DNA of 64,000 nt from the human T2T-CHM13v2.0 reference genome, Homo sapiens (GCF_009914755.1 NC_060932.1), one strand, 5' to 3'. Shown: positions 43,964-61,292, counted from the stretch's first letter. Notes: generated by a model from the sequence alone, not told the origin. Numbers and translations are program-made.

Positions 43964-44759
43964 TAAATGTTAACTAGTTTAATAGCTGTTAGTTGCCTCG
44001 GGATTTAAAGGTATACACACTGATTTTTGGTTTTGGTAGCCTCAAACCTAGTCAAGAATCATACAAAATTATCTTCATTAGAACAAGCATAGTATTAGCC
44101 ATCAGTGCTATGTAAGGTAAAGATTTCAAACTCTCTCTGAGGCTTCATTAAATTCCTTTGCTTTCCTGAAAGTTTCTACCATCCTGAGAAAGTCTAGCAG
44201 CTTCTTCAGAGACCTGGTTGCTTTCTGTCTCAGAATATTTAAAGGAAAGTACATTTTCTTAAAATGGAGTTTTCCCTGGGTCATACCAGGCAATTAGGGC
44301 TTTGAGCCATGAACCGTCTTCAGGATTTGGTTCCCTCTGAGAGAAAGGGAAAGGAGATAACTTTTGCCCTTGCTAGAAAGTAAAGCTTATCTACCCTTAC
44401 CTGTTTGAAGTTTAGACAAATAGTTTATTTATACAAAAGCATAGTTTCCCTTGACCACAATGAAGTGTCCACTTGGACTGCTCATTTCTTGACCAGGAGA
44501 CACAAAATGCATTTTCAGCCCAGGGGAGGCTCTTTGGGGCCACAGTTGGACTGAACAGGACCGCAGCTGTGAAGGTCTAATTTGCAACTGGCAAATATCT
44601 TTATAATAACCCCACGTTTCTTACTGACACAGAATACACACACGTGTAAGTGCACACACATTATGCACATGTGGGGTGGTGAAGGCAGAAAATCAGTGAA
44701 CTGAAATTACTTGCTGCAAGTATTACTTTCTGCAAGGCTTTCAGAATTACTTGCTACAA

Positions 44760-45128
<369 letters not shown>

Positions 45129-46662
45129 TTACCCTGCTAGTGGGAGGAAGTGGTCAATTCCATCATGTAGCAATTTAAGAAAAAAGTAAGTATAATAGTG
45201 TTTTGAATTCAGAAGTAAATCCCTCTTCCTACCTTCAGAAGAAAAAAGGTAACTTGATTTAACCAGTTTTTAAAAACACCAGCTTTGAGAACGGAAACCG
45301 ACTTCGCACTGTTTGATTAAATTGGTTCTGTGGCTATTTAATTCATTTGTGTTAAGTAGCCTGTGGGCCGACTGCTTGCCATAGCAGTCTGTGTTTTTCA
45401 TTTGTTTGCTTTAAAAAACACGTCCTAATGTAAGGACCAAAATCTTTGTCCATTCTCTATTGAGTACTCAATTTATGGTTTAAAAATAACTACCTCTTGC
45501 GAGATCTGATTGTTTAAAAAAAATTAATAACTGCCCAGCTCCGTTAGTAGTAAAAGGGCTTGTCTTTATCTCATGAAGTATTTTAATTCAATTTCCAGTT
45601 AAATGATCAGGGGTTTTTGAGTTCTGCCTGAGCCGTTTGCCCTTTACGTGTGTCTCTTTATGTTAATGGCTTTCACTTTTATTCCTTTGCCTGCAGTGGA
45701 GAGGAAAATGAAGTGGGATGGCATGGCTTCTTTTTTTTTTTTTTTTCTTCCTCTTTAGGCCTGACTGGCCCTTTTTAAAATGGAAAGTAGAGGCACTCCC
45801 TCCAAATGGCTAACACGGGTTCAGCGGTGTGTAAATTGGAGTCATAATCCCTTCTTTGAAGACTAGGAGGAGGCTATTATGATAAATGTTGGAGAAATGA
45901 TTAAAGAGATGAGAACAGCAGGATGCAGATGGCAACTGCAAACCCTGTGGTGTCAGGTGGAACACTCTGGGAGCTCGGCTAAAAGGGACAGAGAAGCAAA
46001 GGGACTAGCCAGTGCAGCCCTGGGCGGGCTGGGTGGAAAGCAGCCGTCCCAGATGATTGTCCCAGCAGTTCAGTTGCAACCCAGTGTCTAGGCTGTGCTT
46101 TGTTTTTTCTCACCTTTTATCCTAGGATGGGGAAAATATCCCCTAACAGGGAAGGATGTTTGGATAGTGTTTTTAATGTTACATGTGTGCATCACAGCAA
46201 GTATACTGCCTCTTTCAATATTTACAAATCTTTTTTTAAAGCATAACTGTGGTGTGAAATTGAGGTTGTTCAGCAACATGGGCTATACCAGATATTGATT
46301 AGACTAAGCTGAGCATCCCTTAATGAATGAATTGACTTTAAACACCTGCTGTCTGAAGCGGTTGGGAATAGAAACTCTCCTATCACTGTTGATGATAAAA
46401 TGGAATTTTAGTTCATACACATTTTCTGAAGGTCCAGAGTGTGCAGGGAATTTACTGCAAAATTGTTTTATACGTCTGTCATGAGATGTCTTCATCAGGT
46501 AGTTAGTAAATGACAATTCTAAGCATAGGGCTCTTTTTATTTCTTAGTATATAACCACCAGCTGTCTTATCAATAATGAATTTCCATTCTGTCTTTTGTC
46601 AAGTAGATCCTGCCTGCTTCTGAGTAGATCCTTTCTGCTTCTTTGTTTCTTAAGATATTTCT

Positions 46663-46964
46663 GGCCGGGCGTGGTGACTCACACCTGTCATCTTAACACT
46701 TTGACAGGCCAAGGCAGGTGCATCACCTGAGGTCAGGAGTTTGAGACCAGCCTGGCCAACATGGTGAAACCCCGTCTCTACTAAAAATACAAAAATTAGC
46801 TGGGTGCGGTGGCACATTCCTCTAATCCCAGCTACTCAGGAGACTGAGGCAGGAGAATCACTTCAACCTGGGAGGTGGAGGTTGCAGTGAGCCCACATCA
46901 AGCCATTGTACTCCAGCCTGGATGACAAGAGCAAAACTCTGTCTCAAAAGAAAAAAAACAAAAA
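46663..46964 (+). mobile_element. AluS
   Basis: Sense dimer; TSD atatttct. Confidence 0.92.
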
Positions 46965-47694
46965 ATATTTCTAACTAGCGAGTATACACAAGTACCTGTG
47001 TCTCCAGTCTTCCTGCCAATTACGAAAAATATCATTGGTGTTAGCCTCATTTTGGTGATTCCTCTGAAAAATCTAAGACAATTGTTTTTCTGAGTGTGTT
47101 TGGAGGAGGGATGTTGGAATTCACTCATTCATTTATTCATCCATTCAACAAATATTTATTGTGTCTGGCATATAGTAGATGCATAATAAGTTTATTCCTT
47201 CATTCTGCAAGCATTTGTTGAATGCAGTGTATCAAAGGTCATCGTAGACACTGCACAAAGTCATTGTTTTTATGGGTTTTACATACTTGTGATGAGAGAC
47301 AGAATGATGGGCGGGGTGGGTCGCTGCTATTTTAAATAAAGCAGCCAAGGAAAACCTGTCTAGGAGGGCTAATTCAGCAGAACCTTGAATGAAGTAAGGG
47401 AATGAGCAATCTTATTATGTGAGGGAAGAGCATTTGAGGCAGGGAGAACAAGTGCAGAGGCCCCGAGACAGCTGTGTTCTTGGTTTGTTTGAGGCACAAC
47501 AGGAAGGCTGCAAGCAGGGGAAGAAGGAGAAAAGAGATCAGAGAGGTGCCAGCAGCAGAGGGGAGATTCTGTGAGGCTTGGGAACTTTGAGCTGAGAACA
47601 TTTTAAATGAACTAGTTTTAAAAGGTCCTGGAGAGTGTGTGGTGAATAGGTAAGGGTGAAGGCAGGGAGGTAAGGCAGGAGACTTTTGCAGTAG

Positions 47695-48173
<479 letters not shown>

Positions 48174-50535
48174 CATTTTCTAGATCTGTTTGGAGGATCG
48201 AGTTGAAGGGGTTGTTGATGGATTTGTTCTGGGTTTTGAGAGAAAGAGGTAAAGACAAAGGTTTTTGGCCTGACAACCAGAAAGATGGAGTTGCTATTTA
48301 TTGAACTGGGAAAGCTAGGGAGAGGAGCAGATTTTGTGGGGAAAATTAAAATTGGGTGTGGGACCCATTTAGTTTTTTGCTGTGGTTGTTATGAAAAGCT
48401 ATTATTGTCTCATTCAGTCTTCTCTATGCTTTTCTATAGGGATAAGTGTGCTTTTGTTAACAAATCTCAGAGTATAACACTAAGCTTAAGATAGGGAAAT
48501 ATTAAGTCAAAAAAAGGAAAATTCAGGATAAAGACTAGAAAAGACCACTGAGGAAGAAGCATTCCCCGGAGCCTGCCATGGGCCCCCCAGCAGGAGGGTC
48601 TTGTCAAAGGCCATTTAATGAAATTATAAGTGTCTCATTGAGAACCTGTTTCCGGCAGCCTCACAGATGCCACTCATAATCTTCTGCTCCTGGGTCTGCC
48701 GCTAGATAAGCGTGCACCCAGGCTTGGGTTTCACTACCCGGTATGCTCTGTGATATGCTAATATTACTGAAAAGGAATATGATTTTCTGCTGCTTCACAG
48801 ATACATCAATTGTAATCTTGCCAATATTGGTATTGATGATGAAAGCACCTTTTTAAAAAAGTTTTTAAGTGTCTATAGGACTGTTTCTGACTTTTATGTG
48901 AACTAACCTAGAAAACTACCATTATTTGTTCAGCTGATTAAATCTGAAAAAGAATGGCAGTTGAAGCAGAACATAAAAAATCCACTTGATTTTATCCTCT
49001 TTGCATATGAATGACAGAGGGTCAGTTTAAATTTCTGTTCGTAACTCTAAAGGGAAAAACACATGTGCATTCAGAATACTGAGGGTAGTTGTATCTTAAT
49101 CCATTTTATAGGTCTTCTTAGTTTTCCTCTTACTCCAACAAAAATGAATTCTTTTCTTCTTCTTCTTCTTTTGTTGCTCTTGTTCTTATCTTCATCCAAG
49201 GATTGCTTTGTCATGCAGATAGTTTTGGGCCTTCTTCTTGAAAATACAGCAACAACCTCACTGACCAGTATTAGAACTTAAATTTGCTTATTTGGCCAGT
49301 GGTTATGGCCTCTGTGCCAGACACTGTTTTGATGTAGTAGTAGTGCCAGGTAACACCCCTCCTCTCTAGGAGTTGAAAATCAAGTTGGGGAAGAGGAATG
49401 GTCAGTAATCCAATATGCCAATTATAATTTAAGCTTTGAGAAGATGTAAGAGAGGTTCAGGGGATAGAGTGTGATGGGTGGTGCATGAGAGATGGTCTGA
49501 GAAGGAGGCATCTGAAGCAGAGAGCTGACCTTGCGGAGCTTCCCGTTTATGCCCGAGAAGGTGGACAGAAGCCAGCCCTGCCTCTGCAGAATTAGAGCAC
49601 GCCAGTTGTGTCATTTTTAGATCTTTTCAGATAAGAAGCTGGTGCAAGAGTCATGCTAACTTTAAACAATGACAGGTGTGCTGTGTATATGCCTAGGCTT
49701 ATTTGTATTTTGGTAAACAAGACTGGCTAAGTGTGAATAGAGTCATGTTTTGAAGAAGTCTGGACTATTTCCTAAAATGAGCAAATGACACATTTGAAGC
49801 CTGCATCTGGTGAGACTACCTGTGAGTCATTTTTCCCATTTTAAAGAGAAATAGTAATATTGAGACAATGATTAACTGACTTAGAATCATACAGTTTTTA
49901 GGGCTCCTATGGAAGGACCTTTGGAGACAACGTTGGTTGATTTTTCCTGTTTCTTTGGATGACAAAGCTGAGCCTGAGAAACTGCCCACAGTTCTCTTGC
50001 TAGGTTAGTAGTAGAAGGGCTGACACTGCATTCTGGGCTTGCTGACTTCAGAGTTCTTTCTTCTCCATCTGTCATTCTTTTCAAAAGGATTAGAATTTGC
50101 GTTTCTGTGCCTTTCAGCATGACACCCATGTAGGTAGAGTCCCAGAGAACAGTGGATTGTTAATTACTTAAATTGATCCCACAATCCCTTATAAAATAAG
50201 ATTCTGCTATTTTTTAATATTTTGTCCTCTTTAGGCAGGTAATACTGCTTTGGTTAATGATAAAACAGAGGTAATTAATTCTTCAATTTCTACCTTTCCA
50301 TTTTTGGACCTTAGCGTAAAAGTTAAATTTAAGAGAAATGTGACTCCTTTTCCAGCCTGTAAGATAGGGATGAGTTCGCTGATGTTTATGGGAGCAGGTG
50401 CAGGGTGACGTGTGGGGAGAAATGAGCCTCTGCCCTCTCTTCTGACCTGCTTCTTCCACACCGGACCTGCTCACCTTTCACTTTCTTCTTTTTCTCTCCC
50501 AAACAGACCCCGCTCCCTGCTTTCTCTCTCACTTT

Positions 50536-50842
50536 CTTTTTATTTATGTGTTTATTTATTTTTGAAACGGAGTCCCACTCTTTAGCCCAGGCTGGCATGC
50601 AGTGGCATGATCACCACTCGCTACGGCCTTAACCTCCTGGGCTCAATCCATCCTCCTGCTTCAGCATCCTGAGTAGCTGGGACTAAAGGTGCACAACACC
50701 GTATCTGAGTTTCTTTATTTTTTGTAGAGATGGGGTCTTGAAATGTTGCCTAGGCTGGTCTCGAACTCCTGGCCTCAAGTGATTTGCCCACCTGAGCCTC
50801 CCGAAATGTTGGGATTACAGGTGTGAGTCACAGCACCTGGCC
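50536..50842 (-). mobile_element. AluJ
   Basis: Diverged antisense dimer; TSD ctctctcactttctt / ctctttcgctttctt. Confidence 0.88.
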
Positions 50843-50857
50843 CTCTTTCGCTTTCTT

Positions 50858-51160
<303 letters not shown>

Positions 51161-51385
51161 TCTTTCGCTTTCTTAGATGCTAACCAGATACTACTCTTTT
51201 GTTTTTCTGTTAATTCAAACCATGCTAATTTGTAAATGCAGATTGCAAAGGCCCAAGTGAGAAATTGGAGAGATCACAGGGAGCACTATGAGCATCCGTC
51301 CTGTGTCCTGCAGCATCAGGTGGGAAGGAAGAGGAGGCAGTGTCTGGGATTTCTCATGATGGTGCATGGGTTACTAGGATTAGGG

Positions 51386-51549
51386 CATTGCTTCTCTAGC
51401 TTTAACGTGCTGTCCGATCACCTGGGCACCTTGCTCAAAATGGATGATGCTGAGTCCAGAGATTGGGGCAGGGGCTGAGGTTCTCCTTTCCTTACCAGCT
51501 CCTGGGTGATGCCGGTGCTGCTGGTGCAGACCACACTTGATAGCAAGGC
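51386..51549. mobile_element. MER5-family hAT element
   Basis: gatcacctgggcaccttgctcaaaatg...ccagctcctgggtgatgccggtgctgctggtgcagaccacacttgatagca. Confidence 0.75.
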
Positions 51550-51648
51550 TGTACGGATGAGGCTTCTAGTGCGATTTACACGTGCGTCCTGTGTCACTTT
51601 GATGTTGTGAGTTACTGTGTACCGAGGAAATGTTAGCATTCAAAATCA

Positions 51649-51975
<327 letters not shown>

Positions 51976-52663
51976 TTACAGTTTCTCCGGAAGAAGGTAG
52001 GGTGGGTCGTGCTGCTTCTTTCAGGACTTCCCTTGAAAACCTGCAGCAGGCTGTCCGGTTACTAAGATGATTATAAAGGCGCAGCCTTGTTGGCACTCAG
52101 CCTCCCACATTGCTTGGCTCATTCTTTCACCGTAGAGAAACACCGGCTCTGATTATTTTTAACTGCATGCCTTGCTGAGACTGAGTAGGGGTTTTTATTT
52201 CTGGAGCTAATGCAGAACACACATCCCTCTTTCTTTAAATGCAGAAAATCTCACATAAGGTTGCCAAAGTAGGATGGCATATTTCCTAAAATTCTGCAGC
52301 AACATAAGGGTGGCTTATTCTGGGATACGAACAGGAAGATCAAGTCTTTTTGGTTCAACCCAAACTCTCGTACCCGTGGGGTGTGGCCCATGTGGGGTCT
52401 GGAAGGCTTCGTGGAGCAGGGAAGAGTATAACCAGGGGCTGGCTTCTTATTCCTGTTCAGTCTCTCTGCAGCCTGGAAGGAGCTACTTAACTTCCTTTTG
52501 GCCTTACCATTGCCATTTTTGAAATAAAAGTCCTCCACTCGACTGTCTGACCGAGTGATTGTCAGCTCACAAGGCCTCTTACATTCAGCATGTTTGCTTG
52601 AGGGGAATGAGTGAGTGTTTTACATGTGGTGGATCCATTCCCAGCAAACAACAAAAAGAAGTC

Positions 52664-52951
52664 TTTTTTTTTTTTTGAGACGAGGTCTTGATCTGTCGCC
52701 CAGGCTGTAGTGCAGTGGTGCATTCCCGGCTCACTCTGCCTCCTGGGTTCAAGCGATTCTCCTGCCTCAGCCTCCCGAGTAGCTGGGATTACAGGCGTGC
52801 GCCACCACGCCCAGCTCATTTTTGTATTTTTAGTAGAGATGGGGTTTCACTATGTTGGCCAGGCTGGTCTTAAACTCATGACCGCAGGTGATCCGCCTGC
52901 CTCGGCCTCCCAAAGTGCTAGGATTACGGTTGTGAGCCACCACGCCCGACC
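52664..52951 (-). mobile_element. AluS
   Basis: Antisense dimer; TSD caaaaagaagtctt. Confidence 0.92.
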
Positions 52952-53589
52952 CAAAAAGAAGTCTTGAAGTACAGCCCGCCATCGGTATTTTTAGCACATG
53001 AAGAATATCTTAAGGAATATGCGAAGGAGATGTTACATAGGTAGCTTGACCTTTATTAAGGCACTTGGTAATTGCCCTACATTTTATTATTTTTTACTTA
53101 TTTAAGGTTAAATGAAGACATTTAAAATATTACATGTGATGGGGCTTATAGTTTTACATACAATGTCATAGTTTGTGTGCCTTGTTTAAAACAAATCCAA
53201 TATGAGAATATGCTCTTGTGTAAGAAGTGTATCATTTTACTAAAGGATTTATAAGATATTTGAATCAGGAATCCTGTAGTACTTTAAAAAGTGGTACCTT
53301 CTACACCATCTTTTTAGGAGCATGTTTATCACACAAGGCAAGGCAAATCACTAGGTTAGGCATCCAGTACATAGAATTCGACTAGAAGTGTAGTGAGGTG
53401 TGAGATTTAGGGGGACAGGGATTCTAAGAACCAACGGCATCTAACTAATGGACTTGTTCCTAAAGGAATGTTGAAGAAGTGATCATCCATCTTAAAAGAT
53501 TGTGCCTTCAGAAGAACTGAAGGATACTTTTGCTTTCGTGTACAGTGTGCCGAGTTTGATGGTATGTCATTACCGGGTCGGGTCCATGA

Positions 53590-53969
<380 letters not shown>

Positions 53970-54519
53970 AGTAATGAGCATTTTGTTGCGTCCCTGGAGT
54001 CTTCCTAATAATGAGGTAGTGGCAGTGGGGTTGGAACAGTAGGTGCTTGGATATGTCTTTTGATGGATAACAATTCCTTAAAAACATTGAGTTACACTGT
54101 ACAAACATATATGTGTATATATACGTATATGTATATCCATTTACTAGAATTAAGAGAATGCATTCAAATACTAGTGGGTTTGTATCTTTTTTTTCTTTTT
54201 CCTCCAATTATTGTGTTTATCTTGACTTGCTATTAAAGCTCTGGAAATACTCATCTGAGACAGTCCAGGCATGGTAGGTTCTGGATCTTCCACTGTAATA
54301 CTATGTGAAATGAGATATTCTTTGTTTCTTAGAAACAGGTGGATTCAGCCAGGTGACCGTTACTCTTTGGGCTCGTGTTACAAGGATATCATGATGGTGT
54401 TTCATTGATATATGTAATCAATAATATATTACGTTATTTCAGCCAGACCTAGGAATAAATAATACTGCTCTCTTTTATTGAGAGTGGCTTGGTGATTTTC
54501 AAAGTTTGTTTATATGCCA

Positions 54520-54690
54520 TCATCAGATCTGCAGAGCAAGCTTATGAGATGAGGAAGGCATGGATTGGTGGACATAAGAAATGGAGGGTTAAGGCAAGTG
54601 GTTACTTACCCACAGTCACTAATTTCATAATTGGTAGATTTGGGACCAGAACTAGGATATCTCATTTCCAGCCTAGTGTTCTTTCTGTGA
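54520..54690 (-). mobile_element. MIR
   Basis: ggttacttacccacagtcac...tgggaccagaactagg matches the MIR core in reverse. Confidence 0.6.
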
Positions 54691-55316
54691 TATTTGTTAA
54701 AGGGGCCATCTGGTTAAAAGGATAGTCTGGCTCTTTAATGATGATAGCTTTCAAATATATAACACTTTACAGTTTGACAGGCTTTTACATAGATAGCACA
54801 TTTTCTTCACAAAAAGACAAATAATGGCTTTACATATGTTGGATGAAGATGTGGAGAAATTAGAGTCTTTGCATACTGTTGAGAAGAAAAAAAAACTTTA
54901 TTTTTCTCTTTCTCAGTCAGTTTTTGCAGCAAGTCTTTTATAGTCCTTATTTTTTTTTTAATTCTCTCTTCCCCAGGTTTAATTTTCTTAAGAGGCAGAT
55001 TTATAATACTAAGTAATATCCAGAATAGATAGTTCCTGCAGGAAATGGGTTTATTGTTCTCATAAATTTTAGTGGTCTAGTTTGTCAATATTACTGTCAT
55101 TTCTTAATAGCATTTGTCTTTCTGAGTAGTAACTTGTACTTGAATTAAAATCTTTCACATGTATAGAGTGGAGCAAAGAGACCCTGCATATATTATAAAA
55201 TGGTACATGCCTTTGCTTAGTTGTCATTGTGTTAGATCAGAGAAAGAGAAAGTCCTTTAAAATATGAAAATAACTGGTACTCAGGAAGGGAGAAGAGAAG
55301 CTTGAAGGTACGTGGA

Positions 55317-55612
55317 TTTTTTTTTTTTTTTTGAGGCAGGGTCTCGCCCTGTTGCTCAGTCTGGAGTGCAGTGGTGCAGTCTCGACTCACTACAACCTCT
55401 GCCTCCCAGTTCAACCGATTCTCCTGCCTCACCCTCCTGAGTAGCTGGAATTACAGGCACCCGCCTCCATGCCCAGCTAATTTTTGTATTTTTAGTAGAG
55501 ACACGGTTTTGCCATGTTGGCCAGGGTGGTCTTGAACTCCTGACCTCAGGTGATCCGCCCGCCTCTGCCTCCCAAAGTGCTGGGATTACAGGCATGAGCC
55601 AACGTGCCCAGC
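55317..55612 (-). mobile_element. AluS
   Basis: Antisense dimer. Confidence 0.92.
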
Positions 55613-55724
55613 TGATATATGGAATTTTATGTGAGGCTTATTAGAAGGTGTGGGGTATAGGGGGAAGAAGGACAGCTTCGCTTCTTTTCATCTTTCAATA
55701 TGAAAACACAGCAGGATAGCGTAA

Positions 55725-56860
<1,136 letters not shown>

Positions 56861-57466
56861 AAAATATTTGGACTTGAAAGCCCAGCAAGGATAACTATTT
56901 TGTTCTTCTGCTCTAAGAATATATAAAGATCTTGCTCAACTCAGCAGAACATTTGTATCATCATTTCAGAACTGCAGTGGTATGAACATCTAGTTGCTAA
57001 TTACATATTTAGAATAGTTCATATTTCAAAATGCTAAATAAATATTTGTGGGCACTGAGCCTAGTTATTATGTTTTGCCAAAGTCACAAGTTCCGCCATT
57101 GCACGTCCCAATCCAGTTCAGCTTGTACAAAAATGCTTAAAATCTCTTTTGCATGAAACTATGTTTTGGTCATGACATTAAGCAGACAGAATGAGACTTA
57201 ATATGTCTTTAAAGGGTCATTTTAAATAAACAACAAGATGACTGTCACTGCGGCGGAACAAAAAGAGGAAAGAAGAAAGGTTGGTTAACTTAGAGAAAAA
57301 TGGCAAGATTCAGATGGGAAAGGGAATCAGAATTTTTAGACCCCTGTGTGCAGAAAGGAAACTAAAGGAAGTTATCTAGCTCTACTTCATTTGTTCTCCC
57401 CAACCTTGAGTTCATGGATAGAGATGAATGGAGATACCAGGAAGTGTTCAAAAAGGAAAAGTGGAT

Positions 57467-57770
<304 letters not shown>

Positions 57771-58089
57771 AGTAGAAAGGAAAGCTGGGTACTTTTTCTA
57801 AGAAGCCAAGAGCCATTGATAATTACAACTCACAGAAGCAGACTTTTTGAGAGGGACGCCACCCAGAACCTGAGGCTACTCAAACTATTATTTTGTCAGA
57901 AGCAACAGGGTTGCCTGAAATTTGCAATTGAAACAGTGTGCTTTTCTCACATACACAGCCTTTATGTAATTGTTCAGTTGTGTTTTAAAAAGAAATAACA
58001 TCACTGAGGTGTTTGGTTTTCTCCTTTTCTTTCCTCTCTGTCTTGCATGGTTCAGCATGTTGTTTTAGGTCAACAGATATATTATAGAT

Positions 58090-58322
58090 TGGAGTTCAGC
58101 ACACTTTTTCTTTGAAGGGCTAGATAGTAATTATTTCTCGCTTCGCAGGCTATAGCCTGTGTGGCAACCACCTACCTGTGCCACTGTAGTAGCATCGGTT
58201 AGCAGAATTGCACTACCTTGGAAAGCAGTCGTAGATAATATGTAAATGACTGGCTGTGGTTAAGTTCCAATAAAACTTTATTTACAAGAACAGGCAGCGG
58301 GCCATGTTTTGCCAACTTTTGT
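58090..58322. mobile_element. MER58A
   Basis: aagggctagatagtaa...gttccaataaaactttatttacaagaacaggcagcgggcc. Confidence 0.8.
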
Positions 58323-59100
58323 TCTAAATAATCACAAGAGGCCATGAAAAGTTTAATTTCCATACATGAGAACTGGGTCTGAATATTGACTCTTCTACGT
58401 AGTATAATGGGTGTCCCAAATACTCTTACCCAGTAAAGGATCTTTTAAAATTTTAAGTTGAAACCATATTCAGTGGCAGGAATCCTGAGGAAGTGAGAGA
58501 GAAAAGCTTTATAAATATTAATAAGTGCTGAAAATTAAGTTGTTGAAAAAATTGTTCACATAAAAGATCATTATATAGCAAGTTTGGAATTTAGTTTCAA
58601 TTTTCATTTCCTTGTAGAAACATCTTCATCGTGAGGAAAATGAGGGAATTAATGAACATTTGTTTCCTGAGTGTGAGCTGTGATACCTTGTAGTCACTGA
58701 GATGGCGGCTGCATGATGGGTATCTCGTAACTCTGCTCCGGGATGCCCACCATCTAGAAAGATGCTCAAGACCCGTGGGACAGGATAGTGTTTAGGAATG
58801 TGTGTTTTAAACTTTTCTTGCAGTATTTAATTTCTAAATAAACTTTATTAAGGTATAATTTATATACAGTAAAAATGCACCTATTTTTTTAAGTGTGTGA
58901 TAGATTCTATGGGTTTTGGCATGCATTCACTCCCAATCAAGATAGAGAGCATTCCCATTACCCCAAATGTACCCTCACTCCCCTAATGCTCACCCTCGAA
59001 CAACCACTCATCTGCTTTCTGTCCATGGGAATTAGGTTGCCCTATTAGAGAGCTTCCTGTACATTCAGTCATTTAGTATGTACTTTTTTTGTGTCTGGTT

Positions 59101-59338
59101 TAGAGGTTTCCAAACTTCCTTGGTTCACAGTGCCTTTAGAATCCATAATTTTTTATGGTGTTGAAAGTTAAAAGGGATACCTACCAGTTCCATTAGATCC
59201 AGAGAACTCATTAAAAGTAGCTTACATGGTGTCCCACAATTATTGCTGTTTCCCTCCAAGATTTAAAATATCCAGTGGCATGTCTGTGAGTTCACTGGGG
59301 GCCCTGGGGTGGTTTCGTGCACAGTTGAGGAACCACAG
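59101..59338. mobile_element. hAT-Charlie element (Charlie4/MER80-like)
   Basis: Ends agaggtttccaaact and agttgaggaaccacag; 8-bp TSD-like gtctggtt / atctggct. Confidence 0.6.
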
Positions 59339-59402
59339 ATCTGGCTTCTTCTACTTAGCATAATGTTTTGGAGGTTTATTTATGTTGTTACATGAATGAA
59401 TA

Positions 59403-59958
59403 CAGTCATGCATCCCTTAATGATGGGGATACTGAGAAATGTGTCATTAGGCAATTTCATTGTTGTATGAACATCATAGAGTGGACCCACATAACTTACA
59501 TGTTACAACCTATTATGCACCTAGGCTATATGGTCAAGCCTGTTGCTCCTAGAATAGAAACCTGTGCAGCATGTTACTGTAATGAATACTATAGGCAATT
59601 ATAACACAGTGGTACTTGTGTATCTCAAATGTGAACACAGAAGAGGTACTGTCAAAATACAGTATAAAAGACAGAAAATGGTGCACTTGTATAGGGCACG
59701 TCTCGTGAATGGAGCCTGCGTACTGGAAGTGTCTCTGGGTGAGTCAGTGAATGAGTAATGAGTAAATGTGAAGGCCTAGTACATTACTGCACATTACTGT
59801 AGGCTTTATAAACATGGAACACTTAGGCAACACTAAATTTATTTTAAAAAATTGAGTTATGGCGGCTATGATGTCACTCCGTGATAGGAATTTTTCCACT
59901 CCATTATAATCTTATGGGACCACCATAGTATAAAATGTCATTATGCTGCATGTGACAG
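59403..59958. mobile_element. Tigger3 (Golem/MER7) deletion derivative
   Basis: TA|CAGTCATGCATCCCTTAATGA...TCATTATGCTGCATGTGACAG|TA. Confidence 0.88.
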
Positions 59959-59961
59959 TAG

Positions 59962-60263
<302 letters not shown>

Positions 60264-60475
60264 TAGCCTGTTTCTTTTTGTTGTTGAGTAGTATTCCATT
60301 TTAGGAAGTACTGCAGTATGTTCATTCATTTGATGGGACATTTGGGTTCTTCTCATTTTTTTGGCAATGTGACTAAAGTCACTATGAACATTCACATGTA
60401 AGGCTTTGTGTAAGCATATATTGTCATTGCTCTAAGATTAGAATTGCTAGGTCTTATGGAAAGTGCATGTCTAGC

Positions 60476-60794
60476 TTTTTGTTTATTTGTTGATTTAATT
60501 TATTTATTCTTAAAGACAGGGTCTTGTTCTGTCACCCAGGCTAGAGTGTGGTCGTGCAATCGTGGCTCACTGCAGCCTTGAACTCCTGGTTTCAAGCAGT
60601 CTTCCTACCTCAGCCTCCTGAGTAGCTGAGACTTCAGGCATGTACCACCATGCCTGGCTAATTTTTAATTTTTTTGTAGACATGGGGTCTCCCTGTGTTG
60701 CCCAGGCTGGTCTTGAACTCCTGGCCTCAAGCGATCCTCTCACTTCCGCCTCTCCATATGTTAGGATTATGGCATGAATCACTGCACTCAGCCC
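60476..60794 (-). mobile_element. AluJ
   Basis: Antisense dimer; TSD catgtctagcttt. Confidence 0.9.
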
Positions 60795-60852
60795 ATGTCT
60801 AGCTTTATAGGAAGCTGCCAAATTTTTCCAGAGTGTTTGTACCATTACATTC

Positions 60853-61262
60853 TGATATGATTTGGATCTATGTCCCCACACAAATCTCATGTTGAAATGC
60901 AATCCCCAGTGCTGAAGGTGGGGCCTGGTGGGAGATGATTGGATCAGGGGGTGGTCTCTAATGGTGTAGCGCCAGTCCCCCTTTGGTGGTGTTGTCACGA
61001 TGGTGAATTCTCATGGGATCTGGTTGTTTAAAAGTGTGTGGCACCTTCCCTTCTCTTTCTTCCTCCTGCTCCTGCCATGTAAGACACCTGCTCCCCCGTT
61101 GCCCTCTGTGATGAGTAAAAGCTCGTTGAGGCCCTCCTAGAAGCAGATGCTTCCGTGCTTTTTGTACAGCCTGCAGAACTGTGAGCCAATTAAGCCTCTT
61201 TTCTTTATAAATTACCCGGTCTCAGGTATTTCTTTATAGCAGTGTAAGAATGGGCTAATACA
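60853..61262 (+). mobile_element. MSTA-like MaLR solo LTR
   Basis: TGATATGATTTGGATCTATGTCCCC...TTTATAGCAGTGTAAGAATGGGCTAATACA. Confidence 0.9.
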
Positions 61263-61292
61263 CAATTCGACCAATAGTTTGTAAAAATTCTT

